A stretch of 64,000 nucleotides of DNA, taken from NCBI GenBank assembly GCA_964291495.2, contig OZ219874.1, forward strand, positions 32,001 through 96,000. The letters run 5' to 3'. Made by a program: the position numbers and the translations under genes. Source of the DNA: Dehalococcoidia bacterium (GTDB taxonomy: Bacteria; Chloroflexota; Dehalococcoidia; UBA2979). This document shows positions 51,013-63,808 of this stretch, one piece after another. Each line of letters begins with the position of its first letter. The first letter of the stretch is position 1. Below the pieces are notes generated by a model, which was given only the letters and a program-made list of their open reading frames with translations, ran no database searches and had not been told where the DNA came from.

Positions 51013-53451
51013 ATGGCCCGAACGAATACCCGCCGCCCGGCTAGCCGCGGCACGCAGCGCGCGACCTCGCGATCGATGGTGCGGCGCGTCCTGCGCCCCG
51101 AGATCGTCGGCACCGCCCTCGTCGTGCTGGCGGTCGCGCTGCTGCCCTTCCTGTTCCCGCTCACGAGCGTCGTGGCCGAGGCTCGCGACGGGCTGGTGGG
51201 CGCGCTCGGGCTGCACGTATTCACCCTCGTCGTGCTGGCGCTGACGATCGGGCTGCTGCTCGCGCTGCGCCAGGGCAGACGGCTGCGCGGCCGAGGGCGA
51301 CACATCGCCGGCGCGGTCCTGATGCTGGCGTTCAGCGCCGGACTGCTCGGCCTCTGGACACCCGACGTGATTGTCGGCGAGGTGGACCTGGGCGCGAGCT
51401 CGGCCGGTGGCAGCGCCGGTCGCGCGCTGGCGGGCGGTGGGCTCGCGACGATCGCCTGGCTCGCGACGTTCCCGATCGGCTTCACGCTGCTCTGGCCGCG
51501 CACGTCCTGGCAGCTGCTGCGCAGCACCCCGCGTGCCCTCGGCCTTACGCTGGCCTGGCTCTGGCGCCACGTCGCGCGGCCCGCCGGGCACGGCATTGCG
51601 GCGCGCGTCCGCGCCTACCGCGCGCGCCGCAAGAGCCCCGAGGCGGCGCGGGACCCATACGCCGACCTCCGCGCCGACTTGCCGATCGGGCCGGGCCTGC
51701 CCACCCGCCTCGAGAACCAGCCGGCCGGCAACGGCGCGGCCTCGGAAGCCGAGAGCCGGAGCGAAGCCGCCGCCGCGACGGAGGTCGCGGAGCCGCCGCC
51801 CCCGAAGCAGATCGAGATGGACCTCGAGCACGACGTCAGCACCTGGCGGCACTCGAGTGACGGCTGGCAGCTGCCGCCGATCGAGCTGCTGGCCGAGGCG
51901 GAGCCGCTCGCGCCGGAGCTGGGCGACCAGCAACGGCGCGCCGAGCTGATTGTCGAGACGCTCGCCTCGTTCGGCGTCGAGGCGCGGGTCAGCCAGATCA
52001 GCGAGGGCCCGACCGTCACCCAGTTCGGCGTCGAGCCGGGCTGGGACGTGCGCACCCGCACCGTGCAGGAACGCACGCCCGAGGGCGATCCCGTCCTCGA
52101 CGAAGAGGGCCAGCCTCGCACAAAGCAGATCGAGGTCTCGCGGACGCGCGTGCGCGTTAACCGCATCACGGCGCTGCAGAACGACCTCGCGCTGGCCCTC
52201 GCGGCGCCAGCGCTGCGCATCGAGGCGCCCGTACCGGGGCGCTCCGTCGTCGGCATCGAGGTGCCGAACGCCAGCTCCGCCGTCGTGACGCTGCGCAGCG
52301 TGCTGGAGTCGCGTGAGTTCGCGAAGACGGCGGGCAAGTCGCCGCTGCCGATCGCGCTCGGCTCCGGAGTGTCGGGCACGCCGGTCGTCGCCGACCTCGC
52401 CGCGATGCCGCACCTGCTGATCGCGGGTGCGACCGGATCGGGCAAGTCGGTCTGCCTCAACTCGATCATCGCCTGCCTGCTGATGAACTTCTCGCCCGAG
52501 CAGCTGCGCTTCGTGCTGATCGACCCGAAGCGCGTCGAGCTCGCCCCCTTCGCCGACGTGCCGCACCTCGCCTTCAGCGAGATCGTGATCGACATGGACA
52601 AGGTGGTGGGCACGCTGCAGGCGGTCATCCACGAGATGGAGTCGCGCTACCGCCGCTTCGCGAACGTCGGCGTGCGCAACATCGAGCGCTACAACGAGCA
52701 GGCCGGCAGCGGCCGTCTCCCCTACTGGGTCGTGGTGATCGACGAGCTGGCCGACCTGATGCTGGCCGCGCCCTACCAGGTGGAGCACCAGCTGGTGCGC
52801 CTCGCGCAGCTCGCGAGGGCGACCGGCATCCACCTCGTGGTCGCGACGCAGCGGCCCTCGGTGGACGTGGTGACGGGGCTGATCAAGGCGAACTTCCCGA
52901 CGCGGATCGCCTTCGCTGTCTCCTCGCAGGTTGACTCGCGCACCATCCTCGACGGCGGCGGGGCCGAGAAGCTGCTCGGCAAGGGCGACATGCTCTTCCA
53001 GCCCAAGGACCAGGGCAAGCCGACCCGCCTGCAGGGCGTTTTCGTCTCCGACGGCGAGATCGAGGAGCTGACGAGCTTCTGGACGGACGATCGCTTCGAG
53101 AACCTGCGCCCCGTCAGCTTCGACGAGCTGATCGACGAAGCCGCCGAGGACGCGGCCGCCCTCGAGACGGGAGGGGCGGCCGGGAGCGCCTCCTCCGAGG
53201 TCGACCCGATGATCACGAAGGCCCTCGAGCTGGCGCGCGAGCACGACCACATCTCGACCTCGCTGCTGCAGCGCCGCCTGCGCATCGGTTACCCGCGCGC
53301 CGCGCGCGTCATGGACGAGCTGGAGGGCCAGGGCATCGTCGGCGCGCCCGAGGGCGGCAGCGGCTCCCGCCCTGTCCTCCTCGACTCGGCCGACGGCGAG
53401 CTCGATGAGTCGGCTTCGGCCCCGGTCGCGCCGGTGGTGGAGCGGGAGTAG
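51013..53451 (+). CDS. ftsK: DNA translocase FtsK
   Basis: TM N-terminus, PHLLIAGATGSGKS, ATQRPSVDV, LQRRLRIGYPRA gamma domain. Confidence 0.95.
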   Translation: MARTNTRRPASRGTQRATSRSMVRRVLRPEIVGTALVVLAVALLPFLFPLTSVVAEARDGLVGALGLHVFTLVVLALTIGLLLALRQGRRLRGRGRHIAGAVLMLAFSAGLLGLWTPDVIVGEVDLGASSAGGSAGRALAGGGLATIAWLATFPIGFTLLWPRTSWQLLRSTPRALGLTLAWLWRHVARPAGHGIAARVRAYRARRKSPEAARDPYADLRADLPIGPGLPTRLENQPAGNGAASEAESRSEAAAATEVAEPPPPKQIEMDLEHDVSTWRHSSDGWQLPPIELLAEAEPLAPELGDQQRRAELIVETLASFGVEARVSQISEGPTVTQFGVEPGWDVRTRTVQERTPEGDPVLDEEGQPRTKQIEVSRTRVRVNRITALQNDLALALAAPALRIEAPVPGRSVVGIEVPNASSAVVTLRSVLESREFAKTAGKSPLPIALGSGVSGTPVVADLAAMPHLLIAGATGSGKSVCLNSIIACLLMNFSPEQLRFVLIDPKRVELAPFADVPHLAFSEIVIDMDKVVGTLQAVIHEMESRYRRFANVGVRNIERYNEQAGSGRLPYWVVVIDELADLMLAAPYQVEHQLVRLAQLARATGIHLVVATQRPSVDVVTGLIKANFPTRIAFAVSSQVDSRTILDGGGAEKLLGKGDMLFQPKDQGKPTRLQGVFVSDGEIEELTSFWTDDRFENLRPVSFDELIDEAAEDAAALETGGAAGSASSEVDPMITKALELAREHDHISTSLLQRRLRIGYPRAARVMDELEGQGIVGAPEGGSGSRPVLLDSADGELDESASAPVAPVVERE

Positions 53452-53454
53452 CCC

Positions 53455-55548
<2,094 letters not shown>

Positions 55549-55637
55549 TGTACGCCTCGCGGGCGGCGATCCCGCCTCGCGCCGCGCCGCGCTATGCTGC
55601 CGTGCGGCAGAACGCGGCGCGGCTGAGGAGGTGAACG

Positions 55638-56363
55638 ATGCGGCTCGAGGGCAAGGTCGCGATGGTCACGGGAGCGGCCTCGGGCATCGGGCGGGCGACG
55701 TCGCTGACGCTGGCCCGCGAGGGCGCGGCGGTGATGTGCGCCGACGTCAACACCGAGGGCGCGCAGGAGACCGCGGACGCGATCGCCGCCGCCGGCGGTA
55801 CGGCGGCGATCTTCGAGCTGGACGTCACCGACGAGGAGGCCGTGCAGGCCGCCCTCGCGGCCACGGTCGAGCAGCTCGGCGCGCTGCACATCCTGGTCAA
55901 CGACGCCGGCATCAGCGGCCGTACGCACGACTACCACAACGTGATCGACGTGAACCTCAACGGCGTCTACTACTGCATGAAGTACGGTGCGGCGCTGATC
56001 GAGCAGCACGGCGGCGGCTCGATCGTCAGTCTCTCCTCGATCATGGGCCTCGTCGGCGGATCGGCGCCTGGCTACACCGCCTCGAAGCACGGCGTGCTCG
56101 GCCTCACGCGCAACTACGCGCTGATGTACGGAGGCCGCGGCGTGCGCGTGAACTGCGTCAACCCCGGCTACATCGAGACGCCGATGACGGCGCAGATGCT
56201 CGAGGACGTGCAGCGCCGCGAGGACGCGGTCGGCCTGCACCCGATCGGCCGCCTCGGAAAGGCCGAGGACGTGGCGAACGCGATCCTCTTCCTCGCCAGC
56301 GACGACGCCTCGTTCGTCACGGGTGTCGCGCTGCCCGTGGACGGCGGCTACACGGCGCAGTAG
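55638..56363 (+). CDS. SDR oxidoreductase
   Basis: [13 protein letters not shown]. Confidence 0.9.
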   Translation: MRLEGKVAMVTGAASGIGRATSLTLAREGAAVMCADVNTEGAQETADAIAAAGGTAAIFELDVTDEEAVQAALAATVEQLGALHILVNDAGISGRTHDYHNVIDVNLNGVYYCMKYGAALIEQHGGGSIVSLSSIMGLVGGSAPGYTASKHGVLGLTRNYALMYGGRGVRVNCVNPGYIETPMTAQMLEDVQRREDAVGLHPIGRLGKAEDVANAILFLASDDASFVTGVALPVDGGYTAQ

Positions 56364-56399
56364 GCGCGGCCCGCCGAGGGCTCGCAGGGTCCGGCCGGC

Positions 56400-57185
56400 T
56401 CAGTCCTCGCCGAACCAGAAGCGGCGCATGTTCGCGCCCGCGATCGCCTCGATCGCGTCGTCCGGGACCGGCAGCTTGCCGTCGAGCAGCAGGTTGAGGT
56501 CGGCCACGTACTCATCGAGGTCGCCGGAGGCCGGGTAGTTCGAGCCCCAGACGATGCGCTCCGCGCCGAACGCTTCCAAGGCCTGCGCGATCACGGGGTA
56601 GACCGGCTCGTGCGGGTAGGGCGCGTAGCGCCTCGGGAACGAGAGCTGGAACCAGACGCCCGGGTGGCGCGCCAGCTCCCAGACCGGCCGCTGGGGCGCG
56701 AAGTCGGGCGCGTCCTGCAGGCGCGGCGTCGCGAGGTGCGAGAGCATCACGCGCGTCCCCGGGTGGCGGGCGATCGCCGCCTCGATGTATGGGACCCAGT
56801 CCACCGGTGCGTGATGCGGCATCGCCTGGATGATGAGACCGAGGTGCGCCGCCGCCATCAGCAGCTCCGGTCGCTCGAAGATCATCTCCGAGGTCAGTCG
56901 CACGCCCTTGAAGTCGCCCTCCGCGGCGATCTCCTCGAGCTGATCGCGTGCCCGCGGATCGCGGTGGTTGACGAGGCAGACGGCGGCGACCCTGTCCCGG
57001 TCCTCGCGGATGACTCCGGCGAGGTAGCCGTTGTCGTACTCGCCCATGTGCTGAACGATCGTCACCCGCGTCACGCCCGCCCGGTCGAGCGTGTCGCGCA
57101 GCGTCTCGTACGGGTAGTACTTGCTCAGCCCGCAGTGCGTGTAGGCGTCGTTGACCTCGAAGGGGTGTACGGGCGGCGTGGTCAC
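56400..57185 (-). CDS. Amidohydrolase family 2 protein
   Basis: DAYTH, KGVRL, SHLA.P, FGAERIVWGSNYP. Confidence 0.85.
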   Translation of the reverse strand: MTTPPVHPFEVNDAYTHCGLSKYYPYETLRDTLDRAGVTRVTIVQHMGEYDNGYLAGVIREDRDRVAAVCLVNHRDPRARDQLEEIAAEGDFKGVRLTSEMIFERPELLMAAAHLGLIIQAMPHHAPVDWVPYIEAAIARHPGTRVMLSHLATPRLQDAPDFAPQRPVWELARHPGVWFQLSFPRRYAPYPHEPVYPVIAQALEAFGAERIVWGSNYPASGDLDEYVADLNLLLDGKLPVPDDAIEAIAGANMRRFWFGED

Positions 57186-57304
57186 GGCGCGGCCTCTCTC
57201 GATGCCGGGCCCGAAGGCCGGGGATCGGTTACAGCCCGAGTCTAGCGAACCGCGCGGCCCTGCGGCCCGCGGCGGGCGGGGCTAGAGTGGCCGCTGGAGG
57301 CGGC

Positions 57305-58630
57305 ATGGTCGCGAGGCTGTTCCCAAGCGTCTACGAGGGCTGGATCGTCGTCGGCGCCTCGACGACGATGCTGTTTATCCTCTCCGCCTCCGTCTTCTGG
57401 GGCCTCGGCCCGATCTTCAACCCGATCCTCGACGAGTTCGGCTGGAGCCACGGCGCCACCGCGTTCGCCTTCGCCGTCCGTTCCGAGGTCAACGGGGCGG
57501 CCGCCCCGTTCGTCGGGGCGCTGATCGACCGCATCGGCTCGCGGATGATGCTGATCGCCGGGCTCGTCCTCGCCTCGTGCTGCCTCTTCCTGCTCTCGTT
57601 CATGCAGAACATCGTGCACTTCTACGTGCTGATGCTGGTCATGGCTCTGGGCACGAGCACCTGCGGGGGACAGGCGACGATGGTCTCGACCGTGAGCTGG
57701 TTCGAGCGCAAGCGGGCGCGCGCGCTGGCGCTGGCGACGGCGGGCGGCACGCTCGGCGGGATTCTCGTTGTCGCCATCGCCTTCCTCGTCGAGTTGCTCG
57801 GCTGGCGGAGCGCGCTGCAGGTGATGGCGCTGTTCCTGCTCGTCGGCGGGCTCCTCGCGGGCTCGAACGTGCGCACGAGGCCGCAGGGCCACCGCCAGCC
57901 GCTTGATGGCATCCCGCGGGCCGCGGGCTCAGGACAACGCGCGGGCGATGACGACGACGAGCGCTGGGGTGTGCCGCTGCGCGAGGCGCTGCGCGCGCGG
58001 GCGTTCTGGCTGCTCGCCTTCGCGCAGTTCGCGATCTTCTTCGCGATCACGGCCATCGTCGTGCTGCACGTCCCCTTCATGGAGGACGACGTCGGGATCT
58101 CGAAGACGGCGGCTGGCGTGGGCTCGGCGTTTTTTGCTGTCGCCTCGCTGGTGGGGCGAATCATCTCCGGAGGCGCCGCCGACCGCTTCGACAAGCGAGT
58201 GGTGCTGGCGCTGGTGGTCCTGGTGGCAGGCGTTGCGATGCCGCTCTTCGCGCTGGTCCAGAACCTCTGGCAGGCGAGCCTGGTCTTGATGGTCATCGCC
58301 GCCGGGGTCGGCGGCGCCAATCCGATCCGCACGGCGCTGCTGGCGGACTACTTCGGGACGCGCTCGTTCGGGGCGATCAACGGTGTTTCGATGGCGATCG
58401 GGACGCTCGGCGCGTTCCTCGGTCCGTGGCTGCTGGGGCTGAGCGTGGACGCGACGGGCGGCTACTCGACCGGCTTCCTGTTCACCGGCGTGGTCGCGCT
58501 GCTCTCGATTCCCTTCGTGCTGCGGACACAGGCGCCGACGGAGCTGACCGCTCGCCACCGCCGCCGCCGCGCGGTGCGCGTCGTGCAACCGGGTCCGCCC
58601 CGCTCGCGGTCCGCCGAGCCGCCCAACTAG
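57305..58630 (+). CDS. MFS transporter
   Basis: About 12 hydrophobic segments, GALIDRIGSR motif. Confidence 0.9.
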   Translation: MVARLFPSVYEGWIVVGASTTMLFILSASVFWGLGPIFNPILDEFGWSHGATAFAFAVRSEVNGAAAPFVGALIDRIGSRMMLIAGLVLASCCLFLLSFMQNIVHFYVLMLVMALGTSTCGGQATMVSTVSWFERKRARALALATAGGTLGGILVVAIAFLVELLGWRSALQVMALFLLVGGLLAGSNVRTRPQGHRQPLDGIPRAAGSGQRAGDDDDERWGVPLREALRARAFWLLAFAQFAIFFAITAIVVLHVPFMEDDVGISKTAAGVGSAFFAVASLVGRIISGGAADRFDKRVVLALVVLVAGVAMPLFALVQNLWQASLVLMVIAAGVGGANPIRTALLADYFGTRSFGAINGVSMAIGTLGAFLGPWLLGLSVDATGGYSTGFLFTGVVALLSIPFVLRTQAPTELTARHRRRRAVRVVQPGPPRSRSAEPPN

Positions 58631-59916
58631 TCGAGCCTGCGCAGCCGCGGCAGGAACGCGATCATCGCGAGTGTCAGGACGACGAGCACGGCCGAGACGG
58701 TGCCGAACGCCCATTGCCCTCCGACCTGCTCGGCGAAGAGGCCGAACAGCACCGCTCCGAAGGACATGATCCCGAACTCAGTCATGTAGAGCGACATCAC
58801 GCGGCCGCGGTACTCGTCGAGCGAGTAGTGCTGCAGCAGTACGTTGCCCAGCGCCTGCCGCCCCGCGCTGCCGATGCCGACGAACAGCATGAAGAAGCCG
58901 CTCAGCCAGATCAGCCTCGTCGAGGCGAACCCGATCAGCGCGACGCCGACGAACAGGGAGCTCAGCAGCAGGAGCAGCCCGCGGCGCCTCGCGGGCAGCG
59001 AGGCGAGCACGAGCGAGCCGGCGAGCGATCCCACCGCGCTCACGGCGATCAGCAGCCCGAGCTCGATCGCGCCGCCGCCGAGCACGTCGCGCACGAAGCC
59101 GGGGAGCATGATCTGGTACGGCAGCGCCAGCAGCGCGCCGACCATGCCGGCGAGGAGGAGCAGGGCGAGCGTCCGTTCGGCGATGACGTAGCGCACGCCA
59201 TCGACGAGGTCGGCGTACCCGCTGGTGCGGCGAGAGCGGGCCGCGGGCTCGTGCTGGAGCCGCACGCGGCCGAGCGTGACGACGGCGAACCCGTACATGG
59301 CGGCCATCAGGAAGTAGACCCACTCGGCGCCGATGAAGTGGATCATGAACCCGCCCAGCGCCGGGGCGGCGAGCCGCATCAGGTTCGACGCGGCGGCGCT
59401 CAGCGAGACGGCGTTCATCAGCCGCCCCATGCCGACGACCTCCGGCAGGATCGCCTGCCTCGAGGGCATCATCAGCGAGAGCGCGATGCCGTGCGCCACG
59501 CCCGCGATCATCAGGTGCGCGAACTGGAGCAGGTCGAACAGCAGCAACAGGCCGACGATGACGGCGGTCACGGCGTTGGCGAGCTGCCCCACCTGCAGCA
59601 CCAGCTTCTTCGGCGCCCGGTCGGCGAGCACCCCGCCGAATACCGAGAGCAGCAACATCGGCGCGGCGCTCCCGAGGGAGATCACGCCGAGCGCGGCGAA
59701 GCTCCCCGTGAGATCGAACGCCAGGTAGCCGCGCGCGAGCATCTGCATGTTCATCGCGGCCATCTGGCCGAGCAGGGCGAGGTAGAACCAGCGGAAGTTG
59801 CGGTCCGAGAACGAGTCGAAGGTGCGGAGCTGCCGTCCGCCTCCAGAGGCACCGCCCTGCTCCGGCGGCCGGTCGGGCGGGCGGCCGGCCGCGCCCCGCG
59901 TCGGAGTGGCGGTCAC
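58627..59916 (-). CDS. MFS transporter
   Basis: GGVLADR.PKK, EYRGRVMS; start uncertain. Confidence 0.88.
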   Translation of the reverse strand: MTATPTRGAAGRPPDRPPEQGGASGGGRQLRTFDSFSDRNFRWFYLALLGQMAAMNMQMLARGYLAFDLTGSFAALGVISLGSAAPMLLLSVFGGVLADRAPKKLVLQVGQLANAVTAVIVGLLLLFDLLQFAHLMIAGVAHGIALSLMMPSRQAILPEVVGMGRLMNAVSLSAAASNLMRLAAPALGGFMIHFIGAEWVYFLMAAMYGFAVVTLGRVRLQHEPAARSRRTSGYADLVDGVRYVIAERTLALLLLAGMVGALLALPYQIMLPGFVRDVLGGGAIELGLLIAVSAVGSLAGSLVLASLPARRRGLLLLLSSLFVGVALIGFASTRLIWLSGFFMLFVGIGSAGRQALGNVLLQHYSLDEYRGRVMSLYMTEFGIMSFGAVLFGLFAEQVGGQWAFGTVSAVLVVLTLAMIAFLPRLRRLD

Positions 59917-60082
59917 GGCGCGAAACCGCTCGCGAGGGCGGGCCAAGCTGCCGGTCTGCGGGAAGGCGGGATCATCTCCGCAGTCTAGGCGATGATCCTC
60001 GGGGTATGCCGCGCGAGGAACGGCGGGACGGCCTTGACGGGCTGTTCTCTATTGGCGAACATCTGGAGGATTCGCGTTTGGC

Positions 60083-60340
60083 ATGACAATCGAGTGGGGG
60101 AGCAAGGCGATTCGGGACATGCGCCGCCTGCCCGCCAGGGAGCGCGATCGCATCATCGCCAGGATCGAGCAGTACGCCGCGAACCCGGCGTCACTCGCGA
60201 GGCAGGTGGTCGCGCTGACCGGCGGTCCGTACAGGCGACTGCGAGTTGGCGACTATCGCGTGATCTTCGATGTCGAGCGGGGCGACCCAGCGGTGCTGGC
60301 GGTAGTCAGGGTTCGGCACAGGAGACAGGCATATGACTAG
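60083..60340 (+). CDS. RelE/ParE family toxin
   Basis: YRRLRVGDYRVIF...HRRQAYD. Confidence 0.88.
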   Translation: MTIEWGSKAIRDMRRLPARERDRIIARIEQYAANPASLARQVVALTGGPYRRLRVGDYRVIFDVERGDPAVLAVVRVRHRRQAYD

Positions 60341-60725
60341 CGAGGACACCGTCACCCTGCTACGGGCGGAGTACGAGGCCCTGCTCGAGCGTAACGAGGA
60401 ACTCGAGGACACGCTGGCCGCCATTGAGGCGGACGACGGCAACCGCGTGCCGCACGAGGTGGCGCTCACCATCATGCGTGGCGGGAGTCCGATCCTCGCC
60501 TTTCGCAACCATCTCGGACTCACACTGCGAGAACTCGCCGCGCGAACCGGGATCGCCGCCAGCTACCTGTCCGAGATCGAGCGCGGGCGCAAGCCGGGCT
60601 CCGCTTCAGCTCTGGCGAGAATCGCCGACGCATGCGGGACCACGATCGACACCCTGCTCATTGATAGGGAGTTGCCCGGAGGCGAACTGCTGGTCGCGGA
60701 GGAGGAGCCCGAATACGGGCGCTGA
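60333..60725 (+). CDS. XRE HTH antitoxin (HigA-like order)
   Basis: LTLRELAARTGIAASYLSEIERG; overlaps the toxin. Confidence 0.85.
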   Translation: MTSEDTVTLLRAEYEALLERNEELEDTLAAIEADDGNRVPHEVALTIMRGGSPILAFRNHLGLTLRELAARTGIAASYLSEIERGRKPGSASALARIADACGTTIDTLLIDRELPGGELLVAEEEPEYGR

Positions 60726-60791
60726 TCCTCGCGGTTGCCGCGCGGCAGGCCCGCCGCTAGGGTTCGCAGCGCGAGACGGGAGGAAACCGCA

Positions 60792-61580
60792 ATGCCGATG
60801 CTCGATGTGGACGGAGCCAGGCTGCACTACCACGAGCAGGGAGCCGGCGAGACGATCGTCCTCACCGCCGCCTATAACACCCCCTCGAAGTTCTGGGGCC
60901 CGCTGGTCCCGATGCTCGCCGAGAGCTTCCGCGTCGTCACCTATGACGTGCGCGGCTTCGGCGACACGGAGATCGAGGCCGAGAGCGCCGACGTCGATGT
61001 CGCCGCGGACGACCTGCACGCGCTGATCGAGCACGTCGGCGACGGCCCGGTGCTCTCGCTCGGGCACGCCTTCGGGGGCGGGATCGCCGCCAACCACGTC
61101 GTGCGCAACCCGGGCGCCGTGCGCGGCCTGATCCTCGTCAACGCCGGTGGCATGTTCGCCGGCGATCCGGCGGCGTCGGCCAACATGTTCTCGCTCTCCA
61201 CCAAGCGCGGCCTCGACGCCGACGGGTTCGCGGAGCTGTTCGTCGAGACCTACTGCGGCGCCGGGTTTGGAGAGACCGAGGAGCAGCGCGCGCTCCTCGA
61301 CGGGATGTTCGAGGACCGCAGCCCGCGCGAGAAGGTGATGATGGCGCTCTCGATCCTCGGCTCGTCGAACGCCGACAAGTACTGGGCGCAGTGGTCGCAT
61401 CCGACGCTGCTGATCTACGGCACCGCCGACCGCGTCGCCGTGCCGTTCAATGGCTTCGACCTCGCGCGGGCGCTTCCCAACTCCGAGCTGCACTGGCTGC
61501 GCGGCGCCGGACACTACAGCCCGTGGGAGCGCCCAGAGCGCATCGCCGAGCTGGTCGGCGAGTTCGCGGCCGGCCTCTAG
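60792..61580 (+). CDS. Alpha/beta hydrolase fold protein
   Basis: YDVRGFG, GHAFGG, G..D, GH. Confidence 0.85.
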   Translation: MPMLDVDGARLHYHEQGAGETIVLTAAYNTPSKFWGPLVPMLAESFRVVTYDVRGFGDTEIEAESADVDVAADDLHALIEHVGDGPVLSLGHAFGGGIAANHVVRNPGAVRGLILVNAGGMFAGDPAASANMFSLSTKRGLDADGFAELFVETYCGAGFGETEEQRALLDGMFEDRSPREKVMMALSILGSSNADKYWAQWSHPTLLIYGTADRVAVPFNGFDLARALPNSELHWLRGAGHYSPWERPERIAELVGEFAAGL

Positions 61581-61602
61581 CCGGCTGCGCGGGCGTGGCG
61601 CC

Positions 61603-62379
61603 GTGACACAGCGCCTCGAGGGCAGAGTCGCCGTCGTTACCGGCGCCGCCTCCGGCGCCGGGCGGGCGATGGCGCAGCGCTGCGCCTCGGAAGGCGCGGC
61701 GGTGCTCTGCGCCGACGTCAACGAGGACGGCCTCGCCGAGACGGTGGCGAGCATCGAGACTTCCGGCGGCAGGGCCGCCGCTCGGCGCGTCGACGTCTCC
61801 CGTGAGTCCGAGGTCGAGGCGATGCTGGCCGAGGCGGTTGAGCGCTTCGGGCGGCTCGATGTGCTGATGAACAACGCCGCGATCGGGAGCAGCGCGGCCG
61901 ACTGGCCGCGGGTGGTCGCGATCAACCTCGAAGGCGTCTACCACGGGCTGCGGCACGGCGCGGCGCTGCTCGCCATGCAAGGCGGCGGCGCGATCGTGAA
62001 CACCGCCTCGGCGGGGGCGCTCGTCGCGCTGCCCAACCAGCGGGTGCCGGAGGACGGCGGCCCGCTGCCATCGGGGCCACTCGGCTACGTCGCCGCCAAG
62101 GCCGGCGTCGTGGGGCTGACGAGGCAGTTCGCCGTCGTCTACGGCCCCCGCGGCGTGCGCGTCAACGCGATCGCGCCCGGCGGCATCGACACGCCGATGC
62201 TGCGCGGCGGCACGGACTTCAGCGAGGGCGATCCGCACCCCGCCGACGCGATCCACCCGCTCGGCCGCATCGGACGGCCCTCGGAGATCGCCGCGGCCGC
62301 CGTCTTCCTCGCCAGCGACGAGGCGGCGTTCATCACCGGCGTCGTGCTGCCCGTCGATGGCGGCTACACGGCGATGTAG
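61603..62379 (+). CDS. SDR oxidoreductase
   Basis: TGAASGAG, NNAA, YVAAK. Confidence 0.9.
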   Translation: MTQRLEGRVAVVTGAASGAGRAMAQRCASEGAAVLCADVNEDGLAETVASIETSGGRAAARRVDVSRESEVEAMLAEAVERFGRLDVLMNNAAIGSSAADWPRVVAINLEGVYHGLRHGAALLAMQGGGAIVNTASAGALVALPNQRVPEDGGPLPSGPLGYVAAKAGVVGLTRQFAVVYGPRGVRVNAIAPGGIDTPMLRGGTDFSEGDPHPADAIHPLGRIGRPSEIAAAAVFLASDEAAFITGVVLPVDGGYTAM

Positions 62380-62445
62380 CCGGCCGTCGCCACCGCCCGC
62401 ATACACTCCGGCGAAGACGCTTCGGCCAGCGAACGGGAGACGGCC

Positions 62446-63330
62446 ATGCAGGACTTCGAGGGCAAGGTCGCCGTCGTCACCGGAGCGGCGAGCGGCATCG
62501 GGCGCGGGCTCGCGCAGCGCTTCGCCGAGGAGGGCATGCGCGTCATCCTCGCCGATGTCGAGGCGGACGCCCTCGACGCTGCCGTCACGGAGCTGCGGGA
62601 CGCGGGACACGAGGTGCGCGGCGAGCAGGTCGATGTTTCGAGCCAGGACTCGGTCGACGCCCTCGCGGAGGCGGCGTTCTCGGCCTGGGGCGGCGTGCAT
62701 GTCGTCTGCAACAACGCCGGCGTCGCCGCCGTCAACGACTGGGGCTCGCTGCACCCGGACGGCGGCGTGCCGATGTGGGAGCTGACGCTCGAGGACTGGC
62801 GCTGGACCTACGGCGTCAACTTCTGGGGCGTGCTGCACGGCATCCGCGCCTTCACCCCGCTGCTGCTCGAGCAGGGCGAGCCGGCGCACATCGTCAGCAC
62901 CGGCTCCGTGCAGAGCTTCCAGGGCAACACCAGCCTTGTCGCCTACAGCTCGACGAAGTTCGCCGTCGGGCGCATCACCGAGGCGCTGCAGATGCAGCTC
63001 GCGGGGCTCGGCTCGCCCGTGCGCGCGCACCTGCTCTGCCCCGGCGGCGTCGCGACGCGCAGCTACCTCGCGGAGCGCAACCGCCCGGAGGAGCTGCGCA
63101 ACCCCGACCCGGTAGCGGGCGACCCGGTGCGCGCCGCCGCCTTCGACCGCGCGCGCGAGGAGACCGGCGAGAGCATGGGGCGCAACATGCCGCCCTCGGG
63201 GGTCGCGGCGGCGGTGATCGAGGGGCTGCGCGCGGAGCAGTTCTACATCTTCTCGCACGGGACCGACTTCGATGCGCAGATCCGCGCGCGCATGGAGCGG
63301 ATCATCGCGCGCGAGGAACCCCGGCCCTGA
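62446..63330 (+). CDS. SDR oxidoreductase
   Basis: [18 protein letters not shown]. Confidence 0.9.
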   Translation: MQDFEGKVAVVTGAASGIGRGLAQRFAEEGMRVILADVEADALDAAVTELRDAGHEVRGEQVDVSSQDSVDALAEAAFSAWGGVHVVCNNAGVAAVNDWGSLHPDGGVPMWELTLEDWRWTYGVNFWGVLHGIRAFTPLLLEQGEPAHIVSTGSVQSFQGNTSLVAYSSTKFAVGRITEALQMQLAGLGSPVRAHLLCPGGVATRSYLAERNRPEELRNPDPVAGDPVRAAAFDRAREETGESMGRNMPPSGVAAAVIEGLRAEQFYIFSHGTDFDAQIRARMERIIAREEPRP

Positions 63331-63361
63331 TCCTCGTCCCGGAATCGGCTATCGTGCGCGC

Positions 63362-63808
63362 ATGACCGCCGAAGACCGCCTCGACATTCTCGATCAGATC
63401 GGCCGCTACTCCTACGCGGTCGACGCATTCGACGACGCCGAGTTCGCCGCGCGCTTCACCGCCGACGGCGTCTTCGAACGCCGTGCGATCGGCTCGGAGG
63501 GGCCGTACGAGGTGATCGAGGGCCACGCGGCGCTGCGCCGCTGGATCCTCGAGATCCTCGAGACGCTCCCCGAGGGCGTGATCACTCGCCACCACCAGCG
63601 CGCGACCGTCTTCGACGAACTGGGCGCGGACGCGGCGAGCACGCGCACGATGATGCTGCTGACCAGCATCGCCCCGGGCGATCGTCACCCGCGCACGGTG
63701 AGCAGCGGCGTCTACCGTGACGAGTGGCGCCGCACGAACGACGGCTGGCGCATCGCGCGGCGCATCGCCGACATGGACCGGCCGGCCCCGGACGCGGCCC
63801 GTGGCTGA
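63362..63808 (+). CDS. SnoaL-like / NTF2 family protein
   Basis: EDRLDI...RYSYAVD...FTADG...G.Y.DEWRRT.DGWRI. Confidence 0.85.
   Translation: MTAEDRLDILDQIGRYSYAVDAFDDAEFAARFTADGVFERRAIGSEGPYEVIEGHAALRRWILEILETLPEGVITRHHQRATVFDELGADAASTRTMMLLTSIAPGDRHPRTVSSGVYRDEWRRTNDGWRIARRIADMDRPAPDAARG

Noticed and set aside
48754-53250. 1498-aa minus-strand ORF
   Set aside because: Antisense shadow of udg-rnj-ftsK, typical of high-GC DNA; no motifs.
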